DNA of 64,000 bases from Nanobdellota archaeon (lineage in GTDB: Archaea; Nanobdellota; Nanobdellia; Pacearchaeales; JAHJTO01): assembly GCA_042572295.1 (NCBI GenBank), contig JBHPFA010000002.1, forward strand, positions 64,180-128,179, in the 5' to 3' direction. The notes beneath the pieces are model-generated. The model saw only the letters and a list, made by a program, of their open reading frames with translations. It ran no database searches and was not told the origin of the DNA. This document shows positions 15,790-24,019 of this stretch, one piece after another. A program made the translations under genes and the position numbers. The first letter of the stretch is position 1; each line of letters starts with the position of its first letter.

Positions 15790-16503
15790 ATGGCAAGAAG
15801 AGTTTCATGGAAAAGTGTTGAAAGAATTGTTGATTCTTTAAAGAAGGGAGGAGTGATAATACATCCTTCTGAATATGAAGAATATTGTATTAGTTGTTTA
15901 GTTGATTCTGTAAATGGTGTGGGTAAGATAAGAGAGATGAAAAAATATAAGCCCATAACTGGCCTTTGTGTCGTCTTTCCAAGTTTGGATAAAGTAAGAG
16001 AATATACTTCTATCAATAATGCTCAAATAGAGAAGATTGAAAACAAGTTTAAGGAAAGAAAAGAAGTCTTGACTCGGAGAGTAGAGGAACATGAAAAAGA
16101 GAATGCAGCAGGAAGGTATTGGTATAGGCCTGGAATGAGGAAAAAATGGATAGAGAACAATGTGTATTGGTTCAATGCGCCCAGAAAAGAAGGTTTGATT
16201 TCAGACTATGTCACTGGAGGAAATATAGAAATAACAAAACAGGTACGTTGTAGATTGGCCGTTTATCCAAAGATCTTAGATATAATCAAAGAGGTTGGGC
16301 CTTTAGTAACTGAAAAGGCTTCCATGGGGGCAGTAAGGGCTGCACAAAGGTATAAGGACTTGGATCTGGAGATCCTATCTTATGGAGATTATGTTGTTGA
16401 GGGGACCAATATGGGCAGATTTGAAGAAAAGGAAATTTCAACAAAGTATCTTGGAGTGGAAAAGGAAGAAGTGAAAGAGTCTCAAGAGAAAGTAGTAAAA
16501 TAG
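15790..16503 (+). CDS. Hypothetical protein (237 aa) with a weak YrdC/Sua5-like N-terminal pattern
   Basis: KKGGVIIHPSEYEEYCISCLVDSVNGVGKIREMK loosely resembles the YrdC fold signature. The rest is unassigned. Confidence 0.4.
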   Translation: MARRVSWKSVERIVDSLKKGGVIIHPSEYEEYCISCLVDSVNGVGKIREMKKYKPITGLCVVFPSLDKVREYTSINNAQIEKIENKFKERKEVLTRRVEEHEKENAAGRYWYRPGMRKKWIENNVYWFNAPRKEGLISDYVTGGNIEITKQVRCRLAVYPKILDIIKEVGPLVTEKASMGAVRAAQRYKDLDLEILSYGDYVVEGTNMGRFEEKEISTKYLGVEKEEVKESQEKVVK

Positions 16504-16571
16504 ATTTTTGAAAGGAAAAACTCGTTTTTTACAATAAAGTTTTTAAAGAGGTGTTACGAAAGAATATAGTT

Positions 16572-17522
16572 ATGGAAGAGAGTGTGATCCTTGCAGACCC
16601 TAATTCTAAGGCTTGGCCTTTTGCAAAAAAAGTTTTTGAAATTATTTCGAGATATGAACCTAACTTCTCATTGAAAGAAGTAGAGATTACGCATTTTCGT
16701 GATGGAGAAAGTTTTGTTCATGTGAAAAAAAATGTTCGTGGGCAGAGGTGTTATTTTATTCATGATTCAAGTAAGCGTCCAAATGATTGGATTGTTGAAT
16801 TGATGTTGGTTAATGATGCTCTAAAACGTGCGTCCGTAAGAACTGTGCATGATATCTTACCATATATGAGATATAGTAGACAAGATAGAAAATTAGAATC
16901 TAGAGTCCCTATATCTGCAAGAGTTATTGCAGACTCAATTGGTTATAGGGCAGATAGAGTTATGACTACTGACTTGCATGCTGATCAGATTCAAGGTTTT
17001 TACAACAAACCTTTTGATAATTTGTATGCATTTCCAACAATCGTGGAATATTTGAAATCAAAGCATCCCGAAATTTTGAATAATTGTGTTGTTGTTTCTC
17101 CAGATGCAGGAGGAGTAATTAGAGCAAGAGCTTTTGCTAAAAGATTGAATACACACATTGCAATTATTGATAAAAGGCGTGAAAAACCTGGAGAAATTGC
17201 AGAGATGAGGGTTATTGGAGATATTAAGGATAAGAATGCAATAATTGTTGATGATATTATTGATTCTGGAGGAACTTTAATGGAGGCGACAAAGGCTTTG
17301 AAAAAAATGGGTGCTTTGAAGGTGTATGCTTGTTGTACACATGCAATTCTTACAAACAATGCGATCGAAAAACTTCCAAAAGTTATAGATAAAATGATTG
17401 TTACAGATTCTATACCTCATGAAGATTGGGATGGGATAGAAGTTGTATCCCTCGCTCCGCTTTATGCAGAAGCTATCCGTAGAACAGACAAAGGACAGTC
17501 TATTAGTGCCTTGTATGCGTAG
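16572..17522 (+). CDS. prs: Ribose-phosphate pyrophosphokinase
   Basis: RYSRQDRK, DLHADQIQGFY and the PRPP-binding loop IIVDDIIDSGGT. ATG at 16572 preferred to the track's GTG at 16551. Confidence 0.92.
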   Translation: MEESVILADPNSKAWPFAKKVFEIISRYEPNFSLKEVEITHFRDGESFVHVKKNVRGQRCYFIHDSSKRPNDWIVELMLVNDALKRASVRTVHDILPYMRYSRQDRKLESRVPISARVIADSIGYRADRVMTTDLHADQIQGFYNKPFDNLYAFPTIVEYLKSKHPEILNNCVVVSPDAGGVIRARAFAKRLNTHIAIIDKRREKPGEIAEMRVIGDIKDKNAIIVDDIIDSGGTLMEATKALKKMGALKVYACCTHAILTNNAIEKLPKVIDKMIVTDSIPHEDWDGIEVVSLAPLYAEAIRRTDKGQSISALYA

Positions 17523-17561
17523 ACTCGGAAGGTTTTTATTAGCATTTTATTTCTTTGAATC

Positions 17562-18338
17562 GTGGAAAAGACAGAAATACTTCCTGGAATCGAAGCTGTA
17601 GGGGCTGCTTTGTGGATTGATAAATTAAAGATTTTGATAATTGGAGATGTACATATTGGTTATGAAGAAGCCCTGAGTAAGAGGGGTTTGGCAATTCCAA
17701 GACTCCAGTTTAAAGAATCTATGAATAATATTAGAGAAATTTTAGAATGTGTGGGGAAACCTGAAATAATAGTTATTAATGGGGACTTGAAACATGAATT
17801 TGGAGAGATCTCGGATCAAGAATGGTTTGAAACATCTAAATTTTTAGATTTTTTAATAAAAAATAGTTCTAAAGTTTATTTGATAAAAGGAAACCATGAT
17901 ACAATTCTGGCACCCATAGCAAAAAGGAGAGGTTTAGAGATTGTTGATTATACTTGTTTTGATTTGAAGGAAAAAGCGAAGAAGAAAAGTATTTTTGATA
18001 TTAAACCCCAGAAAATTAAATCCTTTTGTGTGTTACATGGGGACAAAGTTTGGAAAGATAAGTCTGTCAATAATGTAGATTTATTGATTATGGGTCATGA
18101 ACATCCGGCAATCACTTTAGAAGAAGGTCCAAAAAGAGAAAAATATAAGTGTTTCTTGAGTGGGAAGATGAAAAAACAAAGATTAATTATAGCCCCTTCT
18201 TTTTTACCAATAAGTGTGGGTGTTGATATGAGGGGATCAAAATTCCACTCACCATATTTGAAAGGGAATCTTGACAATTTTGAAGTTTTTGTTGTTGGTG
18301 ATAAAGTTTACCGCTTCGGAAAGCTTAAAAATCTTTGA
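17562..18338 (+). CDS. Metallophosphoesterase (MPE/PdeM-like, SbcD-related archaeal family)
   Basis: ALWIDKLKILIIGDVHIGYEE, INGDLKHEF, GNHD, HGD and GHEHP metal-binding motifs. GTG start 22 nt after the TATA-like ggtttttatt. Confidence 0.75.
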   Translation: MEKTEILPGIEAVGAALWIDKLKILIIGDVHIGYEEALSKRGLAIPRLQFKESMNNIREILECVGKPEIIVINGDLKHEFGEISDQEWFETSKFLDFLIKNSSKVYLIKGNHDTILAPIAKRRGLEIVDYTCFDLKEKAKKKSIFDIKPQKIKSFCVLHGDKVWKDKSVNNVDLLIMGHEHPAITLEEGPKREKYKCFLSGKMKKQRLIIAPSFLPISVGVDMRGSKFHSPYLKGNLDNFEVFVVGDKVYRFGKLKNL

Positions 18339-18353
18339 TTCTGTGAAAGTTAG

Positions 18354-18623
18354 ATGGATTTACTCTATAAACCTATTAAAAAAATAAAAAACGCCCTTCA
18401 TAAAGAAAAGTTTTCAATTGTGAAATCTGGCCATAATCAAGTTATTTGTAAATATGATGGAAAAAGGGAAAATAAGGTCAGGGCTATTGAGTCATTACAT
18501 AAACAATTTGAAGAGTATCATATTGGTATAAAGAAAATTGAAAAGAAAAATAGGTTCTTGATTGGACCAAAGGACCAATTAGGTTTAATTGTGCTTAATG
18601 CTTATCAAAAAAGGTGTTTATAG
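18354..18623 (+). CDS. Hypothetical protein (89 aa)
   Basis: ORF only. Confidence 0.35.
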   Translation: MDLLYKPIKKIKNALHKEKFSIVKSGHNQVICKYDGKRENKVRAIESLHKQFEEYHIGIKKIEKKNRFLIGPKDQLGLIVLNAYQKRCL

Positions 18624-18686
18624 AGTATTTGATACTATCAACTACTCGTAAGAAATCTTTATTAAAGGTGGTTTCTATTAATTATC

Positions 18687-19352
18687 ATGAATAAACTAAG
18701 ACTTTCTGCTGTAAGGAAAAGACTTGAAAGAGATATACATAGAGGAGTCACTAAAAAGGATTTTAGCCCTTTTGATATTTATCAGTTTGTTAATGAAGAT
18801 AGAAAAGAAGCCTTTTTAGAAGAGCAGTATGAGGAAGGAAAGACAAGCGCCCAAGATGTTGTGGGGCTGTTGCTTTCTGCACATAGAGAAGTGTACATTT
18901 TTGCTGGAAAGTTTTCTTGGTCTAATTTAGTTAGAAAAGGAATTAAGATAATCGATGTTTTAGAGGATTTGGCTAGAAAAGGTGTCAAAATAAAAATTAT
19001 TTCTGGAATACATTTGCCAGCTATGGATAATATTGAGAAGATACTTGAATTAAATAATAAACTTCCAAAAGAACAATGGATTGAAGTAAGGCATTCTTTC
19101 CAGCCCTTAAGAGCAATAATTGTAGATGATAAGATTATGAGATTAAAGGAAGTTAAAAAGCCATCTGATTATGGGGCCGGAAGTAAGAAAAAGAAGACCA
19201 CTTTTATTTTTTATTCAATTTATGATAAAGACTGGATAAGATGGTTGAGGGGTATCTTTATGGACTATTTTAAAGCTGGAGATTATCCTGCTGCAAGAGT
19301 TCGTGAGTTGAAAAAGATCCAAAAAGTTGAATATACTTCGAAGAAAAGGTAA
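18687..19352 (+). CDS. Hypothetical protein (221 aa), possibly a degenerate PLD-like fold
   Basis: GVKIKIISGIH...LRAIIVDDKIMRLKE resembles the region around PLD HKD motifs, but the His is absent. Confidence 0.35.
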   Translation: MNKLRLSAVRKRLERDIHRGVTKKDFSPFDIYQFVNEDRKEAFLEEQYEEGKTSAQDVVGLLLSAHREVYIFAGKFSWSNLVRKGIKIIDVLEDLARKGVKIKIISGIHLPAMDNIEKILELNNKLPKEQWIEVRHSFQPLRAIIVDDKIMRLKEVKKPSDYGAGSKKKKTTFIFYSIYDKDWIRWLRGIFMDYFKAGDYPAARVRELKKIQKVEYTSKKR

Positions 19353-19368
19353 TGAATTCTTATTTTTT

Positions 19369-19449
19369 GCTGAGATGGCAGAATGGTATTGCATCGGTCT
19401 CGAAAACCGAGCCCTCACGGGTCCGAAGGTTCGATTCCTTCTCTCAGCG
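19369..19449 (+). tRNA. tRNA-Ser (anticodon CGA), type II with long variable arm; no encoded CCA
   Basis: Hand-folded. Acceptor GCTGAGA/TCTCAGC, D stem GCAG/TTGC, anticodon stem TCGGT/ACCGA with loop CTCGAAA, 14-nt variable arm GCCCTCACGGGTCC, T arm GAAGG-TTCGATT-CCTTC, discriminator G. Confidence 0.88.
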
Positions 19450-19484
19450 TCAAAATTTAAATACATAGATATTCTTCTTCTTAT

Positions 19485-19904
19485 ATGATAAGAAGGGGAG
19501 TTGTAGCAGTTGTTTTTAGAAAAGATAAAGGAAAGAATAAATACCTACTTCTTAGAAGAAAACTTCATTGGAAAGGTTGGGAATTGTTAAAAGGTGGATG
19601 TAAGGCTGGTGAAAGGAAAAATACTAGCTTATTGAGAGAAGTTAAAGAAGAAATTGGTGTAAAAGAATTAATTTTTGAAGAAACAAAGTATATCAATAAA
19701 TTCAAATATCAAAAAGAGTATGTGAAAGATCATAGAAAATATTCTGGTGTGAGGAATTCAGCCTATGTTGTTGAAATTTTTACAAAGAAAATTAAATTTG
19801 ATAATAAAGAACACAGTGGTTTTAAATGGGCTGGGAAAAAAGAAACTTTGAAGCTTTTAACATGGGATGATCAAAAGGAAATCTTTAGAAAAATTGTAAA
19901 ATAA
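19485..19904 (+). CDS. NUDIX hydrolase
   Basis: Nudix box GGCKAGERKNTSLLREVKEEIGV. Confidence 0.85.
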   Translation: MIRRGVVAVVFRKDKGKNKYLLLRRKLHWKGWELLKGGCKAGERKNTSLLREVKEEIGVKELIFEETKYINKFKYQKEYVKDHRKYSGVRNSAYVVEIFTKKIKFDNKEHSGFKWAGKKETLKLLTWDDQKEIFRKIVK

Positions 19905-19906
19905 AT

Positions 19907-20332
19907 TTATTTTTTAGGAGTATTTTCAGCACCAATTTGCGGTAATCTCAAATGAAGGGGCAATCCCATATCTTCTTCAAGTTCAAATGCTTTTACATTA
20001 CATTTATTGAAGATAGTATTATAAACAGCTAATTTTGTTTCTTGATCAGAGATTGTTTTATTCTTTTTCCAACCTTCTAAAATTTCTTTTGCTTTTTCTG
20101 ATGGTAAGGCAACTAGAATAGTTCCAGCAAATTTTATACTTGCTAAATCAGGAGTATATTCAATATCATAAGAGAAATCAAACTTCAAAGGCATTTGTCC
20201 TTCAGGAAGACTTATTTTTCTTTCTTCAACATTATTCATACTAATCTGAGATTTTACATCAACTTGCTGGTTACCAGAAGTAGCTTTTCTATCTACATGA
20301 ATTTTCGAAAATGTAAATCCTATAACTGTCAT
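19907..20332 (-). CDS. Hypothetical protein (141 aa)
   Basis: Well-formed ORF, probably co-transcribed with the PRC-barrel gene upstream. No family recognised. Confidence 0.45.
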   Translation of the reverse strand: MTVIGFTFSKIHVDRKATSGNQQVDVKSQISMNNVEERKISLPEGQMPLKFDFSYDIEYTPDLASIKFAGTILVALPSEKAKEILEGWKKNKTISDQETKLAVYNTIFNKCNVKAFELEEDMGLPLHLRLPQIGAENTPKK

Positions 20333-20349
20333 TTTATTTATTTAAGAAA

Positions 20350-20607
20350 TTATGCTAATTCTTCTTCATTCACTACAACAAAATCGCCTATTGCCAACAA
20401 TGAATGATAAGGAATTAATAATTCTCCTTCCTTTGTTTGTTCTAAAGTTAAAGAATTGGTATAAGCAGTTGGAGATGCAATCAACAAGTGAATCAATTCA
20501 CCAGTCTTTGTATCAAATGCTATATCTTTAACTACACCTAATCTGCGACCTTCTTTAGTCACAACATTTTTGCCTAAAACTTCTCTCAAAGGTTTTTTCT
20601 CTTTCAT
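20350..20607 (-). CDS. PRC-barrel domain protein (85 aa)
   Basis: GKNVVTKEGRRLGVVKDIAFDTKTGELIHLLI...LLIPYHSLLAIGDFVVV is the typical small archaeal PRC-barrel pattern. Confidence 0.75.
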   Translation of the reverse strand: MKEKKPLREVLGKNVVTKEGRRLGVVKDIAFDTKTGELIHLLIASPTAYTNSLTLEQTKEGELLIPYHSLLAIGDFVVVNEEELA

Positions 20608-20820
20608 TAAATAATAAATAGGTAAATTGTTTATAAATGTTTCTATGATTTTAGGGTTATTTCAGTCACTAATTTTTAAAGGGATTATTTGTAAAATGAG
20701 GGAGAAAATGGTAAAGATTGGTTAAAGAAAGAGTATATTTGAAGATCTTTATTAGTTATATTATTAAAAGAGTAATAGTCGTAGTATAATTGGATTAAAA
20801 GAACTAATTAAAAATAAGGG

Positions 20821-20849
20821 GTGTGTCCCCCTTGTTTCTCATGGAAAGG
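20821..20849 (-). repeat. ORB-like box 1
   Basis: The reverse complement reads ...TTTCCATGAGAAACAAGGGGGACACAC: a TCCA..GAAAC core plus a G-string. Confidence 0.55.
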
Positions 20850-20973
20850 TTTAAAAAGAAAACTCAAAATCTCTTCTTTATTCTTTATTTATATTTATAA
20901 ATATTTATATTATATATTATATATATTATATTATTATATACCTCATTTTTACGACGAGAGACACTGTTTTAAC

Positions 20974-20997
20974 CTCCACTGGAAACCAGGGTGTCTC
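20974..20997 (+). repeat. ORB-like box 2
   Basis: CTCCACTGGAAACCAGGGTGTCTC, bracketed by the inverted repeat GAGAGACAC / GTGTCTCT. Confidence 0.6.
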
Positions 20998-21055
20998 TAC
21001 CTTAAGATTTTTCCATTTATTTTTAGTAATTCTTACAAGCATTTATAAGCAAACT

Positions 21056-21076
21056 CTCCATTGGAAGCATAGGTTG
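21056..21076 (+). repeat. ORB-like box 3
   Basis: CTCCATTGGAAGCATAGGTTG, in the same orientation as box 2. Confidence 0.5.
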
Positions 21077-21176
21077 TTAAAGTAAGTATTTGAACAAGGA
21101 TATATTTATAAAAAGTATTGGGTAATTTTCTTTGTTGAATAATTACTTCAACAAAACTCTTAAAGGAGGTTGATAA

Positions 21177-22385
21177 ATGGGTGTTGAACTTGATGACATA
21201 TTTGATTCGTTTACAAAGAATAGTATCTTTCAAGATAAACATGTTCTTCAAGCAAACTATAATCCTGAAACAATCCCCCATAGGGATGATCAAATAAAAC
21301 AAATTGCTGCAATTCTTGCTCCAACATTAAGATTAGACAAACCTTCAAACCTTTTTATCTATGGAAAGACTGGAACTGGAAAAACTTTGTCTGTTCAATA
21401 TGTTTGTAATCAATTAGAGAAAAGGGCTAAACAAAATAAAGCTAATTTGAAGTTTTTTTATATTAATTGCAAACTGAAAAAGGTAGCAGATACTGAATAT
21501 AGGATTCTTGCAGAGCTATTAAGACAATTAGGCAAGCAAGTTCCTTCTACTGGGCTACCTACCGATCAAATTTATCATAGATTTATTCAAACAATTGATG
21601 ATTCAAAAAAATTGATTGTTATTGTTTTAGATGAAGTTGATCAAGCAGTTAAAAAGATTGAAGATAACTTTCTTTATAACTTAACAAGATTAAATTCAGA
21701 ATTAAAAAACTCTCAATTAACAATTATAGGTATAAGTAATGATTTAGTTTTCTTAGACAATGTAGATCCCCGTGTAAAGAGTTCTCTTTCTGAAGAAGAA
21801 ATTGTTTTTCCACCATACAATGCATTACAAATACAAGATATTTTAAGAGAAAGGGCGAAGCTTGCATTTAAAGAAAAAGCTATTGGCGATGGAGTTATAG
21901 AGAAATGTTCTGCATATGCTGCTAGGGAACATGGAGATGCTAGGAGGGCCTTAGATTTGTTAAGGATTGCTGGAGAACTTACAGAAAGGGAAGGGAAAAA
22001 GGAAGTAAATATAAATTATATTGATTCTGCTAAACAAAAAATAGAGAAAGATAAGATTATAGATATTATTTCAACACAACCTAAACAATTTCAATTAGTT
22101 TTGTTAGCAATTATGGCTCTTACTGATTCTAGGAAGAATGAGAAGATATTTACTGGGGACACTTTTAATTCATATCGTGATTTTTGTGAACAAACTGGAA
22201 CAGAGCCTTTAACACAAAGGCGTGTTGGAGATATTCTGTCTGAGTTTGATATGTTGGGTATAATAAATGCTCAAGTTGTAAGTAAAGGGAGACATGGAAG
22301 GACAAAAGAGATCAAACTTTCAATCCCTCCTCATTTAATAAATAAATCAAAGATAATAGTTAGGGATTCATTAGGTTTAAAGTAA
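21177..22385 (+). CDS. cdc6: Orc1/Cdc6 replication initiator
   Basis: PHRDDQIKQIA, Walker A YGKTGTGKT, Walker B VIVLDEVD, sensor motifs and a C-terminal winged helix. SD aggaggt lies 6 nt upstream. Confidence 0.95.
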   Translation: MGVELDDIFDSFTKNSIFQDKHVLQANYNPETIPHRDDQIKQIAAILAPTLRLDKPSNLFIYGKTGTGKTLSVQYVCNQLEKRAKQNKANLKFFYINCKLKKVADTEYRILAELLRQLGKQVPSTGLPTDQIYHRFIQTIDDSKKLIVIVLDEVDQAVKKIEDNFLYNLTRLNSELKNSQLTIIGISNDLVFLDNVDPRVKSSLSEEEIVFPPYNALQIQDILRERAKLAFKEKAIGDGVIEKCSAYAAREHGDARRALDLLRIAGELTEREGKKEVNINYIDSAKQKIEKDKIIDIISTQPKQFQLVLLAIMALTDSRKNEKIFTGDTFNSYRDFCEQTGTEPLTQRRVGDILSEFDMLGIINAQVVSKGRHGRTKEIKLSIPPHLINKSKIIVRDSLGLK

Positions 22386-22413
22386 ATTTAGAGTAAGGCT
22401 TAGAGGAAATTAG

Positions 22414-24012
22414 ATGAATAGTGCAGAAGCATTTTTGAGAGAAGGTATTCTGGTAGATCCAGATGTTAGTGAACACCTTAAGGGTGTTAAAGTCCCCCTA
22501 GTCGAAATTATCAAAAGTTTAGATATTAATTTTTTATCAAGAAAAGGTTTAATGGATAATTATTATAAAATAAGACTAATTCTAGAAAATCTTAAAGATA
22601 GGAAAGGTCCTGGAGAAAAAGGTGCTATAGAAGAAACAATTAACTTTCTTTCAACATTCTCTAATGAAGGGTCTTCTCAATTGCAAGTTCAAAAAGAAGA
22701 AGAGAAGAAAGAAGAAGAGACTGTTTTGAATATTTGTAAAAAAGATTTCTTTTCTAGAAAAATAAAAATCTTGAAATGTTATAATTCAGTTCCAAGGGAA
22801 ATTAATGTACAGGATTTTGTAGGTTATTTTAAAGCAAGATATAATTCAATCAAATCAATGTTAAAAGAACACACAGATTTACCAAATTTAACCTTAATCA
22901 ACAAGCTTTCTCAAAATAATAAGAACATTTCTATTATTGGGATGGTTATTAGTAAAAGAGTTACAAAAAATAAAAATGTTCTTTATGAAGTGGAGGATTT
23001 AACTGGTAGAATTAAAATTCTTGTTAATATAAATAAACCAGAATTAATTGAGATGACTAAAGAAATTCTTCTTGATGAAGTTGTTGGATTCAAATGTAGT
23101 GGAAGTTCGGAAATTTTATTTGTAAATGATATTGTTTTTCCAGGTGTTGATACTCTTTCAAGAAAAAAGTCGCTTTCAGAGGAGGAGATTTATGCAGCTT
23201 TTATTTCAGATGTTCATTTAGGCTCAGATGTATTCTTAGAAGAGAATTTTGTAAAATTTATTGATTGGATTAATGGAAAAACTGGAACAGATGAACAAAA
23301 AGCCCAAAGTAAGAAAATAAAATATCTTTTTATGACTGGGGATAATGTTGATGGAGTGGGTATTTTTCCTGGACAAGAGACAAAATTAAAAATTACAGAC
23401 TTGAGAGAACAATATTCAAAATTAACTGAACTTCTTAAGAAGATTAGGAAGGAGATTACAATAATTATGTGTCCTGGACAGCACGACTCTGTTAGGCTTG
23501 GAGAACCTCAACCACCTATCGGGGAAGAATATGCTGAAGAGCTTTGCAGGATGGAAAATGTGATAATGGTGAGTAATCCTGCGATGGTGGAAATTGATGC
23601 AGCACCAGGGAAAGATGGAATTAAAGTTCTGATGTATCATGGTGCTAGTTTTCATGCGATAGTTAATGAAATTGAGGAATTACGTTTAGGAAATGCAAGA
23701 AGAGAACCAACTAAAATTGTAAAGTATGTATTAAAGAAAAGACATTTAGGAATTCCTCATTTGAATACTGTACATATTCCTTATCCAGATGTGGATCCAT
23801 TGGTTATTGATGAAATGCCTGACGTAATTGTTACAGGGGATTTACATAGAACTGATGTTGCTAACTATAAAGGGGTTTTGATGGTTGCTTCTTCTTGTTG
23901 GCAACCCCAAACAGATTTTGAGGCCAAGGTAGGAAATGTTCCAGACCCTTGTAAAGTTCCATTACTTAATCTTAAAGATTGGAGGGTTAAGATTTTAGAT
24001 TTTAGTAGTTAA
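22414..24012 (+). CDS. polB: DNA polymerase II (PolD) small subunit DP1
   Basis: OB-fold plus calcineurin-like phosphoesterase motifs (FISDVHLGS, MTGDNVDG, PGQHD, YHGAS). It sits immediately upstream of DP2. Confidence 0.93.
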   Translation: MNSAEAFLREGILVDPDVSEHLKGVKVPLVEIIKSLDINFLSRKGLMDNYYKIRLILENLKDRKGPGEKGAIEETINFLSTFSNEGSSQLQVQKEEEKKEEETVLNICKKDFFSRKIKILKCYNSVPREINVQDFVGYFKARYNSIKSMLKEHTDLPNLTLINKLSQNNKNISIIGMVISKRVTKNKNVLYEVEDLTGRIKILVNINKPELIEMTKEILLDEVVGFKCSGSSEILFVNDIVFPGVDTLSRKKSLSEEEIYAAFISDVHLGSDVFLEENFVKFIDWINGKTGTDEQKAQSKKIKYLFMTGDNVDGVGIFPGQETKLKITDLREQYSKLTELLKKIRKEITIIMCPGQHDSVRLGEPQPPIGEEYAEELCRMENVIMVSNPAMVEIDAAPGKDGIKVLMYHGASFHAIVNEIEELRLGNARREPTKIVKYVLKKRHLGIPHLNTVHIPYPDVDPLVIDEMPDVIVTGDLHRTDVANYKGVLMVASSCWQPQTDFEAKVGNVPDPCKVPLLNLKDWRVKILDFSS

Positions 24013-24019
24013 TTAAAAA

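Larger units (their letters stand above)
20821..21076. other. Predicted replication origin (oriC): inverted ORB-like boxes flanking an AT-only unwinding element, next to orc1/cdc6
   Basis: ORB-like boxes lie at 20821-20849 (minus orientation: TTTCCATGAGAAACAAGGGGGAC), 20974-20997 (CTCCACTGGAAACCAGGGTGTCTC) and 21056-21076 (CTCCATTGGAAGCATAGGTTG). An almost pure A/T stretch spans about 20866-20945. Confidence 0.65.

Noticed and set aside
19215-19466. An 83-aa minus-strand ORF.
   Set aside because: It overlaps the 3' end of 18687..19352 and the entire tRNA-Ser gene, so it is spurious.
20821-21302. ORFs 20821..21048 (+) and 21033..21302 (-) in the origin region.
   Set aside because: They run through the A/T-only unwinding element and the ORB-like boxes, translate to Tyr/Ile/Leu-rich junk, and the second overlaps the cdc6 start.
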